Assembly: GCA_017499595.2 (NCBI GenBank)
Contig: CM038998.1
Coordinates: 682,001 to 746,000 of the forward strand
Length of the DNA: 64,000 nt
Origin: Psilocybe cubensis
Lineage: Eukaryota
Direction of reading: 5' to 3'
The position numbers and the translations under genes are program-made. The notes under the pieces were generated by a model, which saw nothing but the letters and a program-made list of their open reading frames with translations, was not told where the DNA came from and made no database searches. Shown here piece by piece: positions 52,419 to 64,000 of this stretch; within the stretch, counting starts at the first letter, position 1; each line of letters begins with the position of its first letter.

Positions 52419-55400
52419 CACCAACCTCCTGCCGCGCTGGTTATGTCATCTTCTATTTTTTATGATTTTTCCCACGGGCCAGGGCATAAATGGGTCAACA
52501 AACTGCACCCGCGCGGCACGGCAAGGACGCCGCCCCCACTTGTCAACCAACTCCCAAGTCTCAACACAACAAACATACTCGACTGCGTAATCCATTCAGG
52601 TCACTGAGCCATCTTTCTGGGCTTGACTTGCGCTATGCAGAATCAATGATACATGGGCTCTTTGTGGTTACCTCGGAAATACCTGACTTGACTTGCCGTT
52701 GACATTCGAAATGCGATGCCACAAACTTGTCGTCTCAGGCGATCATCTCCTTGCGCAAAGAGTCCAATGCATTCAATGATTTCTCCATAGAAAGACCAGC
52801 ACCACTTGATAGCAAATCGCCGATATGTTGAATGGAGCATCGAGTAACGTTCATTTTGCGACTCGTACGACGAGTTCATCGACAAATTTCTGGTCTGCGT
52901 GCTCAGGCATTGTTGGAAACAAGTACATCTGGTGCTCTGGATGACTTCTTCGCGGCTACCCTCGATCCGGCATGTCAAAAGACATTTTCTGCTTTGTCAA
53001 TGGTCTAGCGGTTCTACCGACTTAGACTGCGCGTCTTCAAATCTAGATGACCACTGGTTATTTTTATGTCTTTCGTTTCAATTGTAGCTGCATGTCTATC
53101 ACAGGGCTGCTGAGGACATGGAAATGCGTTAATGAATGACGCGCTGCTGCTGCTAGCAGCTAAATATGGCGACAATTACCTCGGTGCGCATCCAATTCTA
53201 GCCCAAATCAGGGCAAGAACAAGGGCCACAAATCCGAGAACCGCGAAATATGTGGCTGATTCTCCTGCGTAGTAGCCTACTAAACAATGGGATACGGCAG
53301 TCCGAGTTCTGGTAACTATTCAATATTCCTCTCGATCTGAAGCGGAGAAAGACCTCCTAATTGGCAAATTATCTTTGAAACGGATATTCTAACTGCATTC
53401 TATCAACAACCTAAGAGGCGTTAAGCTTCTATCCAATCAGCTTCTCCTAAATCACCTCTACTCTGATTACAAACATGCATCTCGTCTCATCCGTCTTATC
53501 ACGACACTCCTCACGGGCTAAGTCGGATTAAACGACGTCTAAGGCCCAAGGTTCTCATTGTCCCACAGTCCAAAGTGCCCCGGTGCCTTCGCAAGACATA
53601 TGACGGCGCTTAGAATGAAAACGACCTGGTTCGTTTCCTCCAAGAAGATGCACATAAGCACTCTATGACCAATTATGGCGTGCCTGTTCGATGGACAGGC
53701 CATGCAAAGTGCTAACGGAACAGAGTGGCCGCCGACACTGTGTGTTCCTTTCTTTCTTCGTTGAGCGGTTCTTTGAGTTTTTACTCAATGATACGCGACC
53801 CTTACTTTGAAAGACTGTCATGCCGTAGCCCTTTCCTCCGTGAGAATTAAGGAGGATGCCAACCCAACTCCAGACCTGCGCGTATGCCTGGTTGATGCAC
53901 TGGTTCAATGCTTCTACATTCAAAATACCCTGATCGGTGGGCACGTTGACGCTGCAGAGACAGCTTTGCGCCCTTGCCTAGATGTGCACTGATTGAACCC
54001 AGAGATTAGAACGAGCCACAGCGCACACGACAAAACTTGGGATGGTCGGGGAGAACCGAAGGCAATCAAACAATTTGCCGATTTTGCCCGTTATACGAGG
54101 CTCCTCCAGTCCCAGGAGGTATTGAAGCACACATCCCCTCCAGTTTACACCATTCTGTCCGGATCAGTGAGGCAGGCAGCACATGCTTTTGCTGAGCAGC
54201 TGTCGCCGGTCGATTCGTCTTTGACAACTTTTTGTTTTCATCTTGTCGCCATTTCTCCCTCCTTTCAGTAAATTTACGACATTGCTTTCGAACTGCCTCT
54301 GTCTTTGATGGCTCAGATTGTGTACTTACCCAGATTATTCATTTCGGGTATTACTTCGTCGATCCATACCCTTACAGTTTTTTTGTACCTGCCGTACAGC
54401 ACCAAGAGCATACCCATGTCTAGGCAGGCCTCATCTCTTCCTTCAAAGGGATTGAAGGGGATATACCAACCCCACGCAGGTTTTTGAGAATCGCGGCGCT
54501 GCAGGGAGTGATAATATCTTGCGCCCACTTGGCCGGTCACAGGTTTCCTAACACACGCGTCTTCGCACTTGGGCGCCTGGACCGAAAGAGTGATCTGCAA
54601 GCGGATGTGGCGAAGGGCTTCTTGAATGTGCTTCTGACCCCTCTTCGCCGAGATGTATTGGCATTTGGCATTGCGCGAAACAAGTTACAAAAGAGATGTC
54701 AGACTCCAGTGTCATACACTTACATAAAAGTTAAAACGCACAAGTAGGATATACTATGTGCCATCCGGCGAAAGTCGACCTGCTCAACCGCGCGCCGTGG
54801 AAAGAAGACCCAAGTTCGCTGTTCTGCCACACATCATCATCATCATCAGCATCATCATAGATCAAAATCCACATGCTGTTATTTTAATTCATCTCTGATA
54901 TAATAGTAAATATGTAAGTAACCAAAATCAGAGATCGTCTTGGCGTTTAGCTAAAGGTCGCATCATGCTTCGTGTACTCATTCATCTATTATCTGATCAT
55001 AGATGGACTGGGACAACGAGACTTGTGTGGAGCAATTAGTCCACCTTGTGTGCCCAAAGTTCACGCCATTTACCTTATTCGATCGGGTATATACAACTAC
55101 ATAGTATATATCCAGTTGGTAAATGGTCCATCGCGCAAGTAACCCAAAAATATGACATTTTCTGTAATTATTCTGGTGCGCGCGCGCTGGATGTTGTTCG
55201 GTATGCTTTCCGTGCATGTCTGTATCGGATTCCGATTTCGACTTCGATTGGATTTGTCAAAAATGGCAAGGCATGGGGTCAGAATCAGAATTCAAACGGC
55301 CTGGTCTGGACTGGCGGTAACACTATAAACACTGGCAGCAATTTTCGCTTGTACTACAAATTACGCAGAGTAACAAAAGAAAAAAAAAACTTGGAACGTC

Positions 55401-57306
55401 GTAACGCTCACGACTAGCTGTCCGCTGTATAGGTTGACTCCTACTTGGAGTAGAGGTTCCCTGACAGAACGAGAGGTCTAGAGCCTCTTGGAGGTCTGGT
55501 TTGCTGGGGTTTAGTGACCGTTAGCGTCTTGGGAGGCGTTCACTGTCAAATAACCCGCGGCCGGGAGCCGTTGCGTGAGGAAACGTCAATCCACATACAC
55601 ACCCTCCTCCAATGAAAAACTGAAGCTAAGCCTCTTAGCTGTCGATGCATAGCATTGCGTTCTCTCTGAGTCGCTCCAGAACAGCTGGGTAAGAAGTCGA
55701 TAATTAAGATTTGAGATAAGATCTTTTGATAATCGGTTATACAACTGAACTAGGCCCGGTCACATCGAGCTGACACGCAAAGCACCAGAACGACAAAGAA
55801 GAAATTAACGAGAAAAACGAGCGTAAGGGTACGGTAGCGGTTCGGTGTGCCGTGTTGAAAAGGCCTTCCTTTGCTCGGACTTCTCACCACTAGGAGTTCA
55901 ACGCGTGCAGAGCGGAAAAATTTGAGCTTCGAATTGAAGGGCTTTGAATGGTGCTGAGCTTAGATGCGTTGTAAGTAGGCGTTGTAGCGAGTAGCGAGCA
56001 GCGTAGCGATCAAATCAGGAATGGTTCCAAGGCCAGGGACGTGTCCCATGATCACCGAATCGCCCACGAATCCGTGAACGAGGCTTACAACGAATTTGTT
56101 GCCTATCGGGTTCTCAACGAACGCTGTTCTGATAACTAAAAAAAAAGAATTTCGGGTTTCTTCATTCACGGCTTTCATATCATCGCATGCGAGCCCTTGA
56201 ACGTTTCCATGGATCACATACCCCGGATAATTTGAATGTCAGGGACCCTCTCACTTGATCATGATCATGATCAGGATCAGAGGAGATTATAAGCGAAAGC
56301 GTAGATGCCGATTTGAGTGTGGGTGGGTGTGGGTAACAGAGCCATAAAAAGCCTGACGCATGTTAACAGCTAATAGCCTGTCGTAATACATAATCCGACA
56401 CGAGTCGTCGCCTGCTTCATCCCATCTACCGGAATGAATTTCGCGGTTCCTAGACTTCGTTATCGTTTCGGTTTATTCCACGGTATAGGTATGGGTATAG
56501 TGTAGTAATCATACCCCGCATTTTGTAGGTTTTACATCATCTCACATCATCTCAATGATATTTCTCGGCCGATCAGCCCTAAAGCCCACAATCATAATTG
56601 CCTTGATGTTCCTTTCATGAGTCAAGTCAAACATTTACCGACTTGGCTTTTCAGCCGCTCAGCAAAAAGTCAGCGGCAGTGACAACGGCTTCCCGCACCA
56701 AGAATTCAGAACCGTCGTGAAGACCGGGAGTACCGCGATAATCGTCACCTGCGTAAGCCCACTGATCCAAAAATCCCTGCAGACCGACCACTACCAATCT
56801 GTGTATGCGATGTCACTGTGAAATGAACAGACATAGCCCAGCTTTCACGGAATAATTGATAACCCTTCCTTCTTTTCTTTTATCAAATTCTGCAGAGCAT
56901 GGAAGAAGAAGAAGCAGGAAGGGAATTAAAGCCAAAAACATGCTTTTTTCTCGTGAGTCGTTCAAACTTCATTCCGATACCTGTACACCGGAGAGCACTA
57001 TCCTTATAAAGCACATAAATACTACTTTCTGAGGTGTTAATCAAGGAACGTGAGCTATAAATAGACGCATCACTAGGCGTTCAGAAATCATCATCATCAT
57101 ACATCATCATCATAACGCAGGTACCTAAGAAGGTTTACATACAACGTACATCCGTCCGTTCCTTATCTTCGCCTTCGTCTTCGCCCCTTGAACGCCCCCG
57201 CTCGGCATTCCAAATATATACTTAAATTGTATTTACCCAGATCAATCAATATCCAAAAACTACAGAGGTAGAAAATAGATTGCCGTCGTTGTAGCCGCCG
57301 TGGTCT

Positions 57307-59613
57307 TCAGAGCTTGGGACTCGTCCAAACAGGTGTGCGTTTCTAACAAATTCCAAATTTTAAAAAATAAAATCGGTCAGCTGCAGTTCATGTATACGTT
57401 GAATGAAAAGAATAAACGAGACAAGACAAGGGATGTCGTGGTAGGGTTGCATAGACATGAGACAACATCTCAAAGATGGCACTCTCCAAGAAACCGCTCT
57501 TCGGATGATGTCGTGGTGTGTATGTAGTAAGCAGAAATAATCCTCCTACTCGGAACACTCACCTCCGCAAACGCTTTCAACCCCTCCTACAAATAAAATA
57601 AAGCAAAAATGACACAAAAATCAGCGCTCAGTCATACCAGCATAACCAATCATAAACGCCTATATAAATAAAGCGTTGTTGAAGCTGTACGCACTTTGAT
57701 GTTATCCCCCTTATATACGCGCTTACTATGGGCGCTCCATGTGTGCGTCAAAAAGCTCTCGGAGACGTTCATATGCTGCGCGAGGAGGAGCCCATGCTTC
57801 GTCGACTGTACCGCGTCCGGCGAGTTTGCGATGATCTGCTGCGCTATGTCGATGGCGGCAGGGATTAATTCGGATGGTGGGACAATTTTGTTGACGCTGT
57901 TTCAATCGGATAAAGGTCAGATAGTAATAAAAATAATAAAACCAAAAGATATTTGTGGATCAGCGCGCGATGTCCCGCGGGGGAGATTAATGAGGAGTAA
58001 ATGAGAGGATAAATGGAATGGAAGGCAAGAGGGAAATTGTTGAATCAAAATAAATAAAAATAAAAATAAAAATCATGATCGGTGGCAACAAATTCGATGC
58101 GAACGAATGATGGGCACGCAGAGTGTATAGAAAGGAATAAAGAATAAGAAATATAGATAAAATGATATACGATAAGCAGAAACATCATCATCAACGTCAA
58201 CAAAATATCAACGGCAACAGAACAACGACATCACAGCAACAGCAACACAAAATAAAATACAAAGTAACCCATGACCAGCGCCGGATGCACATAATGACGT
58301 ATTAAACCCCCGAACGCGCGAAATAGATAGCGAGATAGAGACAACAGAAAAAACAGAGATAGGAACAGAACAGAATAAATAGGATATCTATAACACATAC
58401 AAATCAAAAGAAAATCAAGGAGATAAGGGACTTACAACCCGAAACGACTCTGCGCCTCAGAGGCATCTATTGTCTTGCCCAACAGGAGCAGTTCCGAGGC
58501 CAGCTGACGGGTGGTTCGTAGTCCACAAATCGTGAGCGTGAGTGTACTGTATATATAATTAATGATAACGTACCTGGTGTCCTGCAATTTGAGCTAGGCG
58601 GGGTATACCTGCACAAAAGGCATAGTAAACACAAACACAGCACCTGCACAAAAAAAAGAAAAGAAAAAACACATACCGCCCTGAATCGCAACAACCCCGC
58701 GCTTAACCTCCGGCAACGCAAACTTGGCGCCCTCACTCGCAAGCACAATATCGCAATTAAGCACCATCTCCAGCCCACCGCCGTACGCGCCGCCGTTGAC
58801 GGCTGCGATAATGGGCTTGTTGGACTGTCGGCGCGAGATGGAGCCGAAACCGTGCACGAGCGCGATGACGCCCTCTTGTTCGGAGGTCTTGCCGTTTTGC
58901 TGGTCGGTGTTCCATCTATGGTTCGTGGTTTTGGAGTAGAAAGCATAAATGAAGAGAGTGAAGGGAAATGAAAAGAAAAAAAGAGGTTGGTTAATAAACG
59001 CGTCACCGTTGTTTTTGTTATATATATTTTTTTTTTTGGATGGGTTGGTTAAAAGGGAAGACGTACGCTTTCAAGTCGGCGCCTGCGCAGAAGAGCCGGC
59101 CTTCTCCAGTCACTATGACGACCCTATAGTATGATATCATAGCATCATTATAAGTAAACCGCAGATCATAAATGAATAACAATAAATCGGTGAAGGCGTG
59201 CATATACACGAAGGTGGATTAAACGAGTCGCGTCGCAGCGCGCCTTCTCTCGAAGGATAGCGTGACAGCGAAAATGAACGACAAAAAGACAATGACGAAG
59301 ACGAATATCAAGATGAACGAACTCGAACGAAGCAACGCGCGCGAGGCGCGGCGCTTGGCTCAATAGTGATTCAGGGGGGTACCAGAAAAGTAAACCAAAC
59401 TCACCACAACTCCGGCTCCTCCTCAAACCAATCCAACACCCTCTTCAGATCGTCCGCCATCTGCGGCGTCATGGCATTGAGCGCCTTGGGGCGGTTAAAG
59501 CTCACGAGCAGCACGCGGTTGTTTTCGAGGATCGAGACGTTGATTTCGTGCGAATGTGCTGGTGGTTGGAGCTTCTGCTTGCGGGTTACGGTAGGGCTTG
59601 GCTTGGTGGGCAT
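57307..59613 (-). CDS. Enoyl-CoA hydratase/isomerase (crotonase) family protein
   Basis: FNRPKALNA, TGEGRLFCAGADLK, KPIIAAVNGGAYGGGLE, FALPEVKRG, EGLKAFAE|KRTPVWTSPKL*. Confidence 0.95.
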
Positions 59614-61585
59614 TGTGCTTGGTGGTGGTGGTGGCGGCGGCGGTGGCTGGTGGTGGTGGTGGTTGGGACGGGTGGTGGTGGGTTTGACGGGTGTGGGTAG
59701 AGGTGTAGTGTACGCAGTTTAGTTAGTGTTATCCTAGCTCAAAGATTCAGAGTATGTTCTCCACGAAAAACATACGATGTGGGGAAAGCCTTCTAGAAAT
59801 GCGGGGGAATAGTTAATGTTAATAGACACTCTACGCGACTTGGGCCGGCATACCGGGTTTTACTAAACCCGACATCACTGTTCGATCATCTTTGTCATCA
59901 TTCATAGAGGCGATATACAGCAGTCGGCACACGGCAACTCCCGTCGGCAATCAAGAAAAGTACGTTACATTTGGTATTCGGCATTCGGCATGCTCTGGGA
60001 AAAGGAGTTCATGGTACGGAGCGCTCGCTCCATTCCATTCCATTCCAAGTTCATCGAACAACAGCAGACTTGGAGCAAGATGAGGCGAGGCGAGGCGAAC
60101 TACCCCACATCAACCCCACAACAACGAGTTGTGGAGTGATAACACTACTTCAACTCAATAAGCAAAAAGAATAAGGAAGGTAAGCAAGCGAGGCAGTGAG
60201 GGTTTGACTTTGGCCAGGAGATGAGGAGATGCCGTGATATATCTGAGTTCGGCTCCGGAATCCGTTCGAACTTCGAAATTCGTCACTCAGGACCCATGGC
60301 CAGGGTCCCCTGGGCCCTTCGGAAATTGCAATTTGCACACTGTAATTTGGGTCCTGGGCCACTAGAAGACGGTTGGGTGTCCTGTTTCCTGAACCACCTG
60401 GCACCTGGCACCTGAACCCCTCCTGAACCTGGAAAGAAGGCAAGAAGAACTTAAAGAAGAACTTAAGGGATCGTCGCGCGTGTCGATGTTCGTTTGTCTT
60501 ATTCCTGTTCTTAAAAGCAACTCGTTTCAATCCGCTCGTCGTCCGAGCTCCGCCTCCGAGGACGGGCCCTGCACGGACTTGAACACGATGTGCGGGGAAA
60601 GACCAACGTATTGGTAGACGTTCGAATTCATGTTATGTTCTGCGTCCGACCCAGGGGCCAGGATCATGAACCCGAGGTCACGAAAATAATGTATTAAATC
60701 AAAACGAAAAGATATAATTTGAAAAGAATTGAATGCGATTTCTTGTAATCGTCATCAATGATAAATAGGTTTGTTTCTCAGCATGCCTCACGAGTCGTAG
60801 TTTAAGACGATCAAGACCGCGACTACGAAATTCCAAAAGTGCACGAAAGTGTCAGCGTGCGCGCATGCATGCGCATGCGCGTCTTCACCTGCGCCCCACG
60901 CTACTTCACCAAAAAAACTCAAACGCGAAACTGCAGATTCAGATAACCCAGAGCAAGAGCACAAGCCCGAACGATTCACACCGAGGAAAGATAACAATAA
61001 ACAAGGATGCAATCATGTTACTAGTCGGTACATATACAAGATGATTGGTATGACATTTATTATTCTCCCCTCCCCTCCCCTCCTCCTCCTCCTCCTTCAT
61101 TCATTCATACAAACAGCTGTGTGCGTGTGGTACAACAATTCGCTTCAACGCCCTCCTTCCACTCCACTCCCCACCCCACCCCAACCCTCCTCTCTGCGAA
61201 TATAATAAATAGCAAACTAACCCGCGTCGGCTAAAAAAAGGGAGAAGAAAACACAGGGGGGGAGAAACGTATGATAATCGGGTGAGAGCGCGCGTGCGAC
61301 GGCGGGTGCGTGTGTTGCAGTATTATAGTGGATATCGATCGGGAGAAAAAGGAAAAGAAGAAGAAATGAGAAACTTGAGAGTTGTTGAGAGTCGATACTT
61401 GAAGCTTGAAGTTGAAGTTGGACTTGGAAGTTTGGCTTGGGCTTGAGCTTGAGCATTGAATATGGAACATGGAACATGGAACAGGGATGTGGAAACGATA
61501 GCGAAAGCGATAGGGAAGAACTGGACTGAGCAAGACGAATGACGAATGGTATGGTATGGTAAGATATGGTAAGATATGTTATGGC

Positions 61586-61618
61586 GTGGTGGTGGTGGTG
61601 GTGGTGGTGGTGGTGGTG
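61586..61618. repeat. (GTG)11 microsatellite
   Basis: Seen directly. Confidence 0.9.
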
Positions 61619-61768
61619 GGTGCAGGTGCGGGTGTGGGTGCGGGTGTGTGGATGGGTAAATGCATAACGCACAATGCTAAAGACAAGACACGACACGACG
61701 TGAGCAAGGGACCCGAAGCGCCCAAGAGACAGAGACAAGAGACGTACCGATGAGGGAGAACAAAGCAT

Positions 61769-61921
61769 TTACTTGAAGGGGCAGTTGGGGGAGTGGGAGC
61801 CGCGCCAGCCGCAGTGGCAGCACTGGGGCGAGCTGTGGTTGACACACGAGCTCGTCTGTGTGTGGTGAGAGACGGTCTGGGATGTAGACGCGGAGGTGGA
61901 GGTGGCAGCGACGGAATGCAT
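61769..61921 (-). CDS. 50-aa micropeptide with a C-terminal C(C)HC...H...C putative metal-binding motif
   Basis: ATG at 61921 in ACAACACA-ATG context; MHSVAATSTSASTSQTVSHHTQTSSCVNHSSPQCCHCGWRGSHSPNCPFK*; strong C-ending codon bias; below the ORF-track size cutoff. Confidence 0.72.
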   Translation of the reverse strand: MHSVAATSTSASTSQTVSHHTQTSSCVNHSSPQCCHCGWRGSHSPNCPFK

Positions 61922-63580
61922 TGTGTTGTTAGTGGTAGTGGTAGCTGTGGTTGGTTGAGCTGATTAGCTGCTGGATGTAGCTAGCGCTTGGATGATTGGG
62001 CTGGGGGGATGGAGAGAGTGGAAGGAGCAAAAGCAAGGGCCTTTTATGGGAGAAACAAGGCCAGGCGTTTCTCTCTCAAATAAAAAAAAAAGAAACGAAA
62101 ATTGAGTGGCGTTTTCGCAAAAAGGTGGCAGCGTCGCAAGTTTGGGTCCCGTGGATTCCGCTCTAGCCGTTGATATGACAAAAACGATTTTGGGATATTG
62201 GACTTTGGGTTTATCGTTGAAAAGAGACAAGTCCACAAATCTCAAATCACATCCCGCAAGTGTCGTCCTTGTCTAGTCCCAATCAGGAACCGCACCGCGA
62301 TCGGGAAGCCGAGCTGGTTCGGTTGCTAAATGCGGCTAGACCCCCAATCCACCAGATCCCTTCACTGCGTTTATAGCCCATCCCATCATCCCGGCGCAGC
62401 GGCCCCGTCCAGAAGCAACAAAAAAACGCGGCCTGGTCATAGGAACATCCGACAACGACACGTTGATCTCTCTCTCCCTCCCCGCGTGAACACACCCACC
62501 GCCCAAAAAAAATTACAGAAAAAAAAAATACAATTACGTTATGCCAAAAACTTGCCAGAATATCCCGTCATCTTGTCGATCGTGATTCGTCAAAGGAAGG
62601 GGGTATGTATGTATACCGAGTGTGCGTTCGATCTCAAACAGGTCCCAATGACGCCAGTGTTGTTGTTATAGATAAATTTACCCGAATTCATACGTCCAAT
62701 TTAAATCTCACCTGTCGCTTTGAGGGCTTTGTCGATGGTCGTCCCCCATCATCGTCCGCAGATTAGGTTAACAGGGTCGTCTTTGTATTGTGGGGTCGTC
62801 GTGAGACTGTACACTGGTTAGCTTTTGCGCAATTAAGATAAATGGCCTCTCGGTTGTATCTACGGGCGTAGGCGTATACGTATGTATGTATGTACACCGT
62901 CAAATCAAAGGGGTACGCGTCCGGTGCCCTGAGTTTGAAAGGGCTCGCGCTGTCCGCGATCTCAATACGCCTGTAAGTGCTTTTGGCATGGGCCTAGTGC
63001 TAAGTTACATGCTGTGTAATTTATGCGATAGAGGCTAGACGCGCCTTGAACCTAATACATTTACATAACGAAACGAACAACAAAAAAGTACAATTCAATG
63101 AAAGGCGTCAATCAAAAGACGCGCTTTTGATTGTACAATGTAAAAAAGCAACGTTCAACATCCAATCAGGAAATGAGAAATGACACTGACGCCCTGGTGC
63201 TATTAGTGTACCTACACACAAAGATTTGACGCCGACGCTGTCGCTGCCGCTGGCGCCCCACAACAGTCGCATTTGCATTGCCGGATGCCCATTGCCCAAT
63301 GCCCATTAGTTACCCCTTCGCACTACCCCAAAAATCCGAAGTGACCGGGAACAAATTTAACGATTTATCGTTCCAAGCCTTTGCTTAACGGGTTTCTCCA
63401 ATTCTTCAAGCTCTTTAGCCGCCTTTCAGTCTTTCAGACTTCAGTCATTCTTCCAATTTTGTTTTATTTCCTTTTCGCGACGCGCGGCATGCCGCGTCGT
63501 CCTTACAAGCCATCGGGGATTGCGGCAATAGTAATCCAAACATAAACGCGAATTTAGCGTGCTCACGAGGCATACTCACT

Positions 63581-63604
63581 GCTCGTGCTCGTGCTCGTGC
63601 TCGT
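63581..63604. repeat. (GCTCGT)4 hexanucleotide repeat
   Basis: Seen directly. Confidence 0.85.
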
Positions 63605-64000
63605 GTTTGTGCTGAGTCTATTACTAGTACTACTACTGGTGGTACTCATCCAGACTTCTAGCTAGCCGAAACTGTGAAAAGAACAAAGACAAAGCAAATT
63701 TTGACACTTTGTGACTTCCCTGACAAGCACCCATTGATAGCAGATACACATGATGATGATGATGTAGTATGTAGCATGTCCAGGTGCCTTGGACCTTGGA
63801 CCTTGGATTCCGAAAAGAAGGAAAAGGAAGGGAAGGAACGCGCGAAGAGTTGGAGGAAACTTTCCCATCTCAAAAGATTGACAAACTTTCACCTTGCGAC
63901 TTTCGACTTTCAACTTTTTGACCATTTTCGGACATAGTCATAGACGTAGATTAAACCCAAAAGTTGAGCAAGAAAAAAAGTCACATACATGTACATGGAT

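Noticed and set aside
55440-56217. Possible small spliced minus-strand gene
   Set aside because: Trial splicing gave no coherent or recognisable protein.
61217-61845. Poly-His, poly-Thr and poly-Val ORFs in the ORF track
   Set aside because: Translations of the (GTG)n microsatellite; non-ATG starts or low complexity.

Overview
Eukaryotic fungal DNA, most likely an agaricomycete basidiomycete (many ~50-60 bp GT-AG introns, a KDZ transposase, F-box/RNI-like expansions). 1-13.2 kb is a nested transposon block. A CxC2-KDZ (Kyakuja/Dileera/Zisupton) DNA transposon carries an apparently intact 5-exon transposase, two passenger genes and a GC-rich 66-bp subterminal tandem repeat. It appears to cut an alpha-kinase-like gene that is divergently paired with an intron-containing rve/IS3-IS481-like DDE integrase. 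13-27 kb holds paralog arrays: three multi-C2H2 zinc-finger genes (one intronless, one 3'-damaged), an F-box/RNI-like gene with an inverted copy of its 5' end, and three Kv-beta-like aldo-keto reductases. 30-60 kb holds delta-COP, a Gfd2/YDR514C-like DEDDh nuclease, an F-box gene, glutaredoxin, a GPI-anchored Ser/Thr-rich protein, ATP23 and an enoyl-CoA hydratase. The microsatellite-rich last 10 kb contains a 50-aa CCHC micropeptide ORF missed by the ORF track. All calls are by eye; no database searches were run.
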